Origin: Candidatus Latescibacterota bacterium
GTDB lineage: Bacteria > Latescibacterota > UBA2968 > UBA8231
Length of the DNA: 64,000 nt
Direction of reading: 5' to 3'
NCBI GenBank assembly: GCA_965223905.1
Contig: CBDCXV010000010.1
Span: forward strand, 768,001 to 832,000
Shown here: positions 29,015 to 37,550 of the stretch, piece by piece
How positions within the stretch are numbered: the first letter of the stretch is position 1
Layout: each line of letters opens with the position of its first letter
Made by a program: the position numbers and the translations under genes
Notes under the pieces: model-generated
Databases searched by the model: none
Seen by the model: only the letters and a program-made list of their open reading frames with translations
What the model was told of the DNA's origin: nothing

Positions 29015-31435
29015 TCAGAAGATGAGAACGGAAACCGACTTCTGGATCAGGGCGATGGAGATCGAGGCCATCCCCATGAGCGCCATGCCGCAGGCGAACC
29101 CGACCGCAAGCACCGGCGCGTACAGCCGCCACTCCTTCTTGCCGTACTTGCCCCAGAAATAGTAGCGGGCCAGCATGGCGCCGATGACCTCGGTAATCAT
29201 CCAGTGCGGGATCGTGGTCAGAGCCCGGACGTACCCGAAGACCAGCAGGATCGGCAGGCCGAAAATCGACAGCAGGATGTAGCTCCCCAGGCCGACGATG
29301 GCGCCGGCGGCGATGATGTTCGGCTTGATGGCGCGGAACAGCCACGGCTCGTCGGTAGTGCGCTGGATCCACGGACTGGAGAAGTTGGGGTCGGTGTCGA
29401 GGGCGAAGTAGTACTCCCAGCCCTCGGGAAGCGGTTCGTCGGAACGCACCACCATCTCCGGTCTCGGGGTGCGGACAATGCCGACTTCGGCTGCCGGGGA
29501 GACCGCGGTCACCCCCGGTCCGGTCAGGGCCACCGCCGCTGCGCCCGCATCCGGCACACCCTTCATGGCGCCGGGAGGATGCTCGGGAATCAGCTCCGGC
29601 TCCCCCTCGTCGAAATGGGTGAAGAAGGCCCGCTTCTCCGACCACCGCCCGGCCTGCCCCTGCTTGCCCTTCGACTCGAGCCAGGCGGGGTCGACGGCCC
29701 GCACCCGCCAGTACCACCACTCCCCCTCGACCAGGTTCGCCGGCATCCAGGCCGCTTCGGAGCGGTCGGGCAGGTACTCCATTTCGCTGCGCAGGGTCCC
29801 GGTGAACCAGAGACAGGTCTGCAGAGCCTGAAGCCTCCACATCACCTGGGCGTACGGGTACGACGCCGACGGAATCGGCGCCAGCTTCCAGACGTAGGAC
29901 GAGTACAGGAAGGTGGTGAACAGCACGATCGGCACCATGAAGACCTCGGCCTTGATGATGCTGGTGAAGCGGGTTCCGGTCAGCTCGATTTCGCGAAATT
30001 TCTGGCACTGGTTGCCGTAGTTCCCCAGGGGGAACGGTATGAACCAGATGTCGACCCCCTGGTACCCGGACAGAATGATGGTCGCTTCGCGTACGAACGG
30101 GATGTCGACGCTCTGCCCCACCATGCCGTACAGGCGGGCGTTGACGAACGACTGGAACGGGGTGAAGACGAAGCCGAAGAACAGGAAGAACCAGATGAAG
30201 CTCTTGAACGCCGGCAACAGGAAAGCGGCGATCAGGATCAGGCCGCTCGTGGCCACCGCGTACAGCCCCAGCGCCGTCCACAGCGAAAAATCTCCCCGGC
30301 CCTTCGGGACCTCCCAGCTGCGCCTTACTTCCCCGACCCTGCCTCCGGCATCGCGGGCGCGTATCAGGGCCTGGGCGACCTGGTAGAAACCGATGATGGC
30401 GATCGCCATGGTCGTCCCGATGCCGAAGCTCATCCAGAAATCGACGCTGTTGACGAAGAAGGTCTCGATCGCCCCCATCCCCGGCTGCCAGATCTCCAGA
30501 AGACCGTACTTGTAGAGGAAGGGGTTGGCGATAGAGTGCGCGACGACCCCGAGAAAGGTCCCGATCACCCCCCAGAAGGGGACCACCAGACCGGCGAAGA
30601 TCGGCCCGAGATGGGCGGTGAATCCCAGCGGCGTCGCCGGGATGAAGTTGCCGGTGACCTGGGTGAAGTCTACGAAGGGGATCGGTATCAGCTGGATCGG
30701 CTCGGTGAGCAGGGCGCCGGTGATCGCCGGGATGGCGACGTAGAGGGCGCCGAAGACGAGCCCGATCATCGCTCCTGCGGAAAACACCCGCCAGCGCCAG
30801 GACTCGACCCCCTGGGTGGTCTCGGCCAGCGCCGTGGCCCCCTGGGCCGCTACCGGGGCGAAGGGAAAGGGCAGGCGCTCGTAGTCGGAGCTGACGCGGA
30901 AGAGGGCGTACGCCGCGGTGAACCAGGAGACGCGCGCAATCAGCACGCCGGCGACCAGCAGGGCGATCGGCAGCAGCCAGTCGGAGTGCAGGAAGGTCCG
31001 CTGCAGCAGCGCGGCCGATTCGAGGGGTGGCGCGAACCAGTCGGGAATCAGGTTGGCGATACCGAACTGCTTGGCCGCCGGGGACTGGCGCAGGTACTGG
31101 TTCCACAGCAGGCCCTGGAAGGAGCCGGTCTCGGCGGCGATCAGCCCGGCCGCGACGTAGTAGAGGACGTAGACTTCCTGCTTTCTCAGCGACGAGAAAG
31201 AGCGCTTGGTGATCTCGGCGAACAGGATGATCGTCACCCACTCCGCGGCGGCGCCGAGATTGCCGCCGACCATCAGCCCCAGGTAGATGTTCCCGGGAAT
31301 CATGATGAAGGCGACGAAGAGGACGCCGAGGATCGTCTTGGTCGTAAACCCCTCTTCGAACTCGGTAGGGGTATCGAGAAGATCCCGGTACTCTTCTATT
31401 TCCGCGTTCGGGTTCCTGTCTTTGCGAAACAGCAC
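29015..31435 (-). CDS. OPT-superfamily-like peptide transporter with an inserted soluble domain
   Basis: FEEGFTTKTILG, AAEWVTIILFAE, ERLPFPFAPV, PIPSASYPYAQ; many TM helices. Confidence 0.75.
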   Translation of the reverse strand: MLFRKDRNPNAEIEEYRDLLDTPTEFEEGFTTKTILGVLFVAFIMIPGNIYLGLMVGGNLGAAAEWVTIILFAEITKRSFSSLRKQEVYVLYYVAAGLIAAETGSFQGLLWNQYLRQSPAAKQFGIANLIPDWFAPPLESAALLQRTFLHSDWLLPIALLVAGVLIARVSWFTAAYALFRVSSDYERLPFPFAPVAAQGATALAETTQGVESWRWRVFSAGAMIGLVFGALYVAIPAITGALLTEPIQLIPIPFVDFTQVTGNFIPATPLGFTAHLGPIFAGLVVPFWGVIGTFLGVVAHSIANPFLYKYGLLEIWQPGMGAIETFFVNSVDFWMSFGIGTTMAIAIIGFYQVAQALIRARDAGGRVGEVRRSWEVPKGRGDFSLWTALGLYAVATSGLILIAAFLLPAFKSFIWFFLFFGFVFTPFQSFVNARLYGMVGQSVDIPFVREATIILSGYQGVDIWFIPFPLGNYGNQCQKFREIELTGTRFTSIIKAEVFMVPIVLFTTFLYSSYVWKLAPIPSASYPYAQVMWRLQALQTCLWFTGTLRSEMEYLPDRSEAAWMPANLVEGEWWYWRVRAVDPAWLESKGKQGQAGRWSEKRAFFTHFDEGEPELIPEHPPGAMKGVPDAGAAAVALTGPGVTAVSPAAEVGIVRTPRPEMVVRSDEPLPEGWEYYFALDTDPNFSSPWIQRTTDEPWLFRAIKPNIIAAGAIVGLGSYILLSIFGLPILLVFGYVRALTTIPHWMITEVIGAMLARYYFWGKYGKKEWRLYAPVLAVGFACGMALMGMASISIALIQKSVSVLIF

Positions 31436-31476
31436 TTAGATCCCCTTCGCTCGCTTCCTTCGCCGCGCCTTCCCTG

Positions 31477-34400
31477 TCAGGCCGTTACCTCGGTGCGCTC
31501 ACCAGCGAGGATCTCGACGCCCTGTTGGCGGTACGAGTCCTTGGCCTCGGAGTCGACGGTCCGCCAGATCAGAAACTGCTTGCGGATGACGTTCATGAAG
31601 CGCTGGTTGACCCGCCGCCAGGAGGCATCCTCGCCGCTGAGGCGGCGGATGTCCAGCGATATCGAGTAGATGTTGTGCTCGGATTCCGGGTTGGCCCGGA
31701 TGACGACGTGCTGACTCACCCCGAGGTCGAAGGGCGCCAGCCAGATGTTCATGTCGATCGAGTAACCTTCGCCGTGCTCAGAGTCGAAACGGCTCAGGCT
31801 CGCCCCGTCGGTGTAGAAGGTGCCGATCGACTCTTCGCTGTACGAGTCGAAGTAGCCGATAAGGAATACGCTGAGGCCGACGACTTCGTGCCCGCTGACC
31901 GTGAACGGGAACTCGAAATGCCACTCGTCCCCCGACGGCGGCGGCAGTCGCCACTTGCGGGTGACGTCGGGAACCGCCATCTGCGAGGCCTTGCGGGCCG
32001 GATACGCCGTCGACAGCATGACCACGGCCATCACCAGGATGCAGGACATCACCGCGGACAGCGACGAGTAGTTGAGGGTGAAGCCGGCGACCAGGTCGAA
32101 TTTTATCAGCGTCGTCGCCGTGATCTGCCCGGCGAGGTACCCGGCGACCACGCCGAGGACGGCGTACACGCAGGACTCGGCCATGAACAGCCAGGAAATG
32201 TGGCCCGGGGCCAGTCCGACCGACGAGTAGACGCCGATCTCGCGGAAGCGCTCGTACACGCTCCCCATCATCGTATTCAATACGATCAGGGCGGCGATCA
32301 GGATCGGGATGAACAGGTTGGCCATGCCCGAAAGGGAGGTCATGCCGAGCGAGCTGTAGATGGAGACGCGGATGTACTCGTCCCCCTCTTCCTGAACCCC
32401 GGCGAACAGGGTTACCGCCAGGCGCGACAGGAACTCCTCGATCTCGCTGCGCACCTGCGCGTCCTCGTCCTCGAAGCGGACCGCCACCGACTGCAAGGGG
32501 TTGCCGCTGCCGATGTTGCGCAAAGTGTGGTAGGGAACGATCAGGGTGTTGGCCGGCTCGAGGTGGACGAACGGCTTGATCACGACCTTGGCGTCCTCGA
32601 GACCCTCCTTCTCCCGCTTCTCCTCCTCCGCCATCTCCTGCACCGCCTGGCCCCCGGTGACGGCGAAGTCGGCCGGCGTCATCATCTCGTCGTCGAGATC
32701 CTTCAGCTGCTTCATCTTCTTGGAGCTGATAACCCCGACGATCCTGAACTGCTCGCCGAACACCCGGATCTCGACCCCCTCGCCGGCGTTCACCGCGGCC
32801 AGGTCGACGTCGAGCTTGTCCTGCGTCGCACCGATCATGTCGTTGGGAATGATGCAGACCTTCTCCTCACCGGGCCGGAACCAGCGCCCCGCCACCAGGG
32901 CGCGGTCGAGGCCGGTGATCTCGCTCTCCAGCGGCGTCAGGCCGAGCACCCCGAGGGCGTTATGCTCGCCGACGCCGCGCTTCATCTTGATGTGGGCCTT
33001 GGTCCTGTTGTCGTACCAGTTGCGCGGCGCCACCAGGGCGCGGTCGCCGAAGTGACTGAGGGCGTACTCGTACACCGACTCCTCGAGAGGGGTCCAGGCC
33101 TTGCTGCGGATCATGATCCCCTCGTATAGGCCCTCGTTGTCGCGCTCGATCTGGTTGAAGCGCAGCGAAGTCTGGATCGACGTGAAGGAGAGCACCGTGA
33201 AGGTCAGCAGCAACAGGGTCGTGAAGGTGAGAACGGTGCGCAGCTTGCGCCGCTTCATGTTGGAAATGCCGAGCAGAAAGGCGGTCAGGGAGGCACTGGA
33301 GCGGGATACGTCGGTGTCGTGGATCACCGCCACCTCGGTGCGCAACTTCTTCATCTGCTCGTTGAAGCGGCCCGATATGAGCCAGATGACGAGCACCGCC
33401 AGCGCCAGGATCACGAAGGCGAGCAGGATCACGAAGGGATTGGAGAGCTGGAACGCCGGGTGCACCAGCGACAGGACGATCCAGATGACGATGAAGATGC
33501 ACCCGAATCCCAGAATCTGATTCTTGATCGTCGCCGCGGTGATCAGCAGGCGCTCGGCGAAGTAGGCGCAGGGCAGGACCAGAGCCATGAAGAAGATGAT
33601 GCCCCGGATGACGTCGTTCTGCGTCGCCTTGACGTCGGGATAGGCGCGCGATTCCAGGCCGATGGCGGCGCGGGTGTACTTGACGAAGTCCCCCCACTCC
33701 TTCGATGCCAGCGCCCGCTCCGCCTTTTCGAGCTCCGCCCCGGCGCGATCGTGCAGGGCGTTGAGGCGCTGGTTCTCGATGGCGAAGCTCTTCAGCTCCC
33801 GCATGCGGGCTTCGTCGAGATTCCACATGTCCCTGGCGGAGCGGTACGAGGTGCGCGAGAACGAGGTCCCGGGCTGGATCGCGAACCCGGCGCCGAGGGC
33901 GCGGTCCTTGTCGTCGGCCGACTCGGAGTTGAGCAGCAGGGAACGGAACCCGAGGATGCTGGCGCCGAAGCCGAGCTTGACGATGGTCCCGGGGCGGGCG
34001 AAGAGCACCCCCACCGGCTCGTTCCTGGCGGAGGGGCCCTCGCCGATGGTGTAGCCGTACTCGACCGGGGTCGTGTTGGTTTCGTCGAAGATCGTCACCT
34101 GCGATAGCTTGGTGAGGTAACGCGGGTCGACGATGTCGAAGAAGTTGAACGACTCGCACGGAAACAGCACAACCATCCACTGCTTGTCGCGCCAGTCCAT
34201 GGAGATCTTCATCGGGTAGGACCCGTCCCCCTGCTCGCCGCGGTCCGGCGCGTAGGTGACCTCGCCGGTGGCCGGGTCCATGAAGTACCCCTCGATCTGC
34301 ACGGAGTTGACGCGGATGCGGTTGTCGTAGAAGGCGCCGTCGGAGTCGACCACCTCGAAGTGTTCTCCCCGCACCCCCTTGTAGGACTTTTTCTTGCCGT

Positions 34401-36261
34401 TGCGGACAGAGGCTACCGCCCCGGGCCGCGCCAGGTCGGGAACGATGCTGCGCCTCGGGAAGACCATCGTCCTGCCCTTCAGGGTGCGCATGGTGTCCTT
34501 CAGGCGCATCTTGAAATCGGGAAACAGCTCCGGGTCCTCGAAGGCCATGTGGAACATCCCGGCCAGCGCCCTGATCTGGCGCGCCAGGTTCTCGTGGTTG
34601 ACCTCGAAGGCGCGGTCGAGCGGGGTGTCGGCGAGGAAGCGGGCGTCGTTCACGGTGACGAAGGCCAGGGCCGGCGTGCCGGTGTCGAGCACGAGCTCGC
34701 TGTTAACGGAGATCTCGCCGGGAACGAAGGTTTCCCAGCTCTTGCCGCCCTCCGGGCTGATGCCGTTGACGAGGATGTCGCGGTCGTCGTACCCCAGCTC
34801 GCGGCTCAGAACACGGGCGTACGACATGAAGTTCTTGCCGAAGGGAGCGAAGTAGCGCTTGTAGTAGAAGCTCGTGTTGCTGTTCCAGACGCCGAGCTCG
34901 TCGGTCTGCGTCGACAGGTCCAGGCTGACGAACAGTTTCACGCCGAGGGAATCGACCTTGGGATCGACCCATTCCTTGTAAAAGGCGAGCCTGAGGTCCT
35001 CGTCGTCGGCTAGCTCCGCTTCGAGCTTCTCGAGGCTGGAGAAGGATTCATCGGCGACGACGAAACGGTCCCCTTCGCGCCGCACCGTGTCCTCCTCCTC
35101 GAGGGCGGCCTTCAGGACGGAACGGACCAGGATCGTGTCGTTGTCGGCGATCTCACGGATCAGTCCCTCCTTGCCGTGGAACTCGAGACTGCCCAGCCGG
35201 TAGGTGACCCCCTCCGACTCTATCAGGCCTCTCGCCAGCGCCGCCTCGACGACCCTGCGAACGACCATGCGATCGATGAACGGGTCTTCCTTGCGCAGGT
35301 AGCGCTGGATGAAATCGTCTACGCCGCGAAGGGCGAGATGGTGCGCCGACGTCGCCAGAAAGACCACGGTCCGCGAGGGCGGATTGTCGCGGAAGTACCT
35401 TGCGAGCTCGAGCAGGGCGGCGATGCCGGCCGCCTGCTCGGCGCCCGGAGCCAGCGCCGGCACCACCGACATGGCGTCGTAGTACGACTCGAGGACGATG
35501 GTGTCCTCTTTGAGGAGCGGGTCGTACCCCGGAATGGCGCCGAGGATGTTCCAGGCCGGCCGGCGTTCCCAGTCCATGCGGTATTCGAGGTGCACCGGCA
35601 GGGACCCGCCCTCCTCCAGCGGCCCGCGCAGGTGCTCGGCGTCCTCCTTGGCGATCCAGAAGCGCGGCATGTCGAGCGGCATGGTGAGGAATTTCTTCTC
35701 CCCCTCGAGATAGACCGTCGAGTCCGGCTCGGCGAAAAGAATCGCCTCGGCGCCGAGGTAGGCACAGTTGAGCCAGTTGTCGCCGGAGTTGAACTCGAGG
35801 AGGACTACCGAACCCTCGATGTCGGTGCCGGAGAGTTCGGGGAATTCCCCGGTGCCGCCGTACACGAGCTTCGCGTCGATGCCGCCGTCCGGAAGCGTGG
35901 AGGTGCGCACGAGGTTGGGCCACAGGCCGTGAATCGCGAAACGCCCGGCATCTTCTCCGGCGACCTCGAGGAATCCACCTTTCTCTACCGGGATCGAGAT
36001 GTCGTACTTCTGAAAGGAGATCCCGTCCAGCCCGATGTCGCGGAACTGCTGCTGGATGTAGAGTGCGGCGGCTTCGGCGCCGGGGTACCCGGCGACGCGC
36101 GAGCCGAGACCGGAGAGATACTGCACGGTTCCTTCGAGACGATGCTTCGGGGCCAGCCGCTCGAGCGCCCTGAAATCGACTTCCGCGTACAGGGGCGGGC
36201 TCGACCCCAGGATGGCGCTGCCTAGTAAAGCCGTGAGCGCGCTGACGGGTCGTATTCTCAT
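31477..36261 (-). CDS. Fusion of a degenerate M28-peptidase-like domain and an FtsX/MacB-like permease (1594 aa)
   Basis: Signal peptide; SRVAGYPGAEAAA, NILGAIPG, ALLELAR (M28 fold); GISNMKRRKLRT and VLNTMMGSVYERFREIGVYSSVGL (FtsX/MacB). Confidence 0.8.
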   Translation of the reverse strand: MRIRPVSALTALLGSAILGSSPPLYAEVDFRALERLAPKHRLEGTVQYLSGLGSRVAGYPGAEAAALYIQQQFRDIGLDGISFQKYDISIPVEKGGFLEVAGEDAGRFAIHGLWPNLVRTSTLPDGGIDAKLVYGGTGEFPELSGTDIEGSVVLLEFNSGDNWLNCAYLGAEAILFAEPDSTVYLEGEKKFLTMPLDMPRFWIAKEDAEHLRGPLEEGGSLPVHLEYRMDWERRPAWNILGAIPGYDPLLKEDTIVLESYYDAMSVVPALAPGAEQAAGIAALLELARYFRDNPPSRTVVFLATSAHHLALRGVDDFIQRYLRKEDPFIDRMVVRRVVEAALARGLIESEGVTYRLGSLEFHGKEGLIREIADNDTILVRSVLKAALEEEDTVRREGDRFVVADESFSSLEKLEAELADDEDLRLAFYKEWVDPKVDSLGVKLFVSLDLSTQTDELGVWNSNTSFYYKRYFAPFGKNFMSYARVLSRELGYDDRDILVNGISPEGGKSWETFVPGEISVNSELVLDTGTPALAFVTVNDARFLADTPLDRAFEVNHENLARQIRALAGMFHMAFEDPELFPDFKMRLKDTMRTLKGRTMVFPRRSIVPDLARPGAVASVRNGKKKSYKGVRGEHFEVVDSDGAFYDNRIRVNSVQIEGYFMDPATGEVTYAPDRGEQGDGSYPMKISMDWRDKQWMVVLFPCESFNFFDIVDPRYLTKLSQVTIFDETNTTPVEYGYTIGEGPSARNEPVGVLFARPGTIVKLGFGASILGFRSLLLNSESADDKDRALGAGFAIQPGTSFSRTSYRSARDMWNLDEARMRELKSFAIENQRLNALHDRAGAELEKAERALASKEWGDFVKYTRAAIGLESRAYPDVKATQNDVIRGIIFFMALVLPCAYFAERLLITAATIKNQILGFGCIFIVIWIVLSLVHPAFQLSNPFVILLAFVILALAVLVIWLISGRFNEQMKKLRTEVAVIHDTDVSRSSASLTAFLLGISNMKRRKLRTVLTFTTLLLLTFTVLSFTSIQTSLRFNQIERDNEGLYEGIMIRSKAWTPLEESVYEYALSHFGDRALVAPRNWYDNRTKAHIKMKRGVGEHNALGVLGLTPLESEITGLDRALVAGRWFRPGEEKVCIIPNDMIGATQDKLDVDLAAVNAGEGVEIRVFGEQFRIVGVISSKKMKQLKDLDDEMMTPADFAVTGGQAVQEMAEEEKREKEGLEDAKVVIKPFVHLEPANTLIVPYHTLRNIGSGNPLQSVAVRFEDEDAQVRSEIEEFLSRLAVTLFAGVQEEGDEYIRVSIYSSLGMTSLSGMANLFIPILIAALIVLNTMMGSVYERFREIGVYSSVGLAPGHISWLFMAESCVYAVLGVVAGYLAGQITATTLIKFDLVAGFTLNYSSLSAVMSCILVMAVVMLSTAYPARKASQMAVPDVTRKWRLPPPSGDEWHFEFPFTVSGHEVVGLSVFLIGYFDSYSEESIGTFYTDGASLSRFDSEHGEGYSIDMNIWLAPFDLGVSQHVVIRANPESEHNIYSISLDIRRLSGEDASWRRVNQRFMNVIRKQFLIWRTVDSEAKDSYRQQGVEILAGERTEVTA

Positions 36262-36445
36262 GCGCTTGGGAAGATGGTTTGTCGGAGGCCTTGCGAACGA
36301 ACGCGGAGGTTGTGGAGCGTTGCCGATCTTTCGGTCAGATGCCGCTCGGGATTCGGATTTCTGTGCCGGCTCAACCGCACAAATAAAGGAGAATAATCCT
36401 TTCAGGCAATCGCAAACGAATCCGACGCCCGTGCCGCCGTCACCG

Positions 36446-36958
36446 TCAGCTCCATTCGAGGCGGCGCAGGCGGGCGGCGCACCAGTGGGCGATCAGGCCG
36501 ATGGCGAAGCCGGTGACCAGCCCCGTGAGCATGAACAGCGGCAGGAAGTCGAGCAGGCCGGCGTGATGGAGGTAGACCCGGGCGATCAGCAACTGTGTCA
36601 GCTGGTGGGTGACAGCTCCGAGAACGCTGACGCCCACCAGGCTGAAAAGTCCCGGAGTCATCCGGTGGGCCAGCGCCATGGCGGCGACGCTGGCGATTCC
36701 GGCCCCGCCGCCGATGGCGAAAGCCGGACTGGCGAAACCGCCGCTCACCAGGCCGCCGGCAACGATCTTCACCACGGCGACCGCGATGGCCGGACCCCCC
36801 CCGAAGAGCTCGAGGGCGACGACGACGGGAAGGTTCCCCAGCCCCAGCTTCATCCACGGGAGGGGCCGGGGGGCCACGGCCTCCAGCAGGAACAGGATCA
36901 GCCCGGCGCCTGCGAGCAGTCCGAGCCGCGTCAGCTCCCTGGCGGACATCGAGGGCAT
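36446..36958 (-). CDS. Gx transporter family membrane protein (heptaprenyl diphosphate synthase component I-like)
   Basis: LEAVAPRPLPWMKLGLGN, GVSVLGAVTHQLTQL. Confidence 0.85.
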   Translation of the reverse strand: MPSMSARELTRLGLLAGAGLILFLLEAVAPRPLPWMKLGLGNLPVVVALELFGGGPAIAVAVVKIVAGGLVSGGFASPAFAIGGGAGIASVAAMALAHRMTPGLFSLVGVSVLGAVTHQLTQLLIARVYLHHAGLLDFLPLFMLTGLVTGFAIGLIAHWCAARLRRLEWS

Positions 36959-36962
36959 CCGC

Positions 36963-37364
36963 TCAGCCGCTGAAGGCGTCGACGCCGCCAGGCCGCCTGG
37001 AGGGGGCCTCCCCCCGCAGCAGCAGCACCATCCCGTTCGGCACGCAGGCGGCGATCTCGCCGGTCCGCCCGATCCACCCGGTGAGGACGCAGATCCGGTT
37101 GCGGCACCCGGCTTCGGCGAAGCGGGCGGCGCCGTCGCGGATTTCGATCACCACCTCCCCGCTGCGGCCCTCCTGGACGTGCCTCCCGTCGCTGTCCAGT
37201 GGAAAGACCGCCACCTCCCTGCCCTCTACCTCGACAACGGCGAAAGCCGCCTGGACAGCCGGCGGCTGCCGCCATGCCGCCAGCAAGGCTCCGGCGGCGA
37301 CGGCCAGCATCAGGGCGACGTCCCCGGCGGTCAGTATCCTCCTCAGTTCGAACCAGTCTCGCAT
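36963..37364 (-). CDS. NusG domain II-containing protein
   Basis: N-terminal TM; IEIRDG..RF.EAGCRNRICVLTGWI...ACVPN. Confidence 0.85.
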   Translation of the reverse strand: MRDWFELRRILTAGDVALMLAVAAGALLAAWRQPPAVQAAFAVVEVEGREVAVFPLDSDGRHVQEGRSGEVVIEIRDGAARFAEAGCRNRICVLTGWIGRTGEIAACVPNGMVLLLRGEAPSRRPGGVDAFSG

Positions 37365-37550
37365 GCTCGGCAGGCTTACCGGAAATGGCTGTGATTCGCG
37401 CTCGGAATAATGTACGGGCGGAGCCTTGCGGTCCACCCGATCTCCTTTGCTCACGGGCGGCGTAACCTGTTGTTCCTGTTCATTATGCGGTACTTCCCCC
37501 TTTGTCGGGCGACCCCGGTTCGGTATATTGAGAGTCGACGGAAAGATTCC

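Noticed and set aside
27899-31669. 1256-aa ORF on the + strand
   Set aside because: Antisense shadow of the OPT/hypothetical genes, typical of high-GC DNA; no recognisable motifs.
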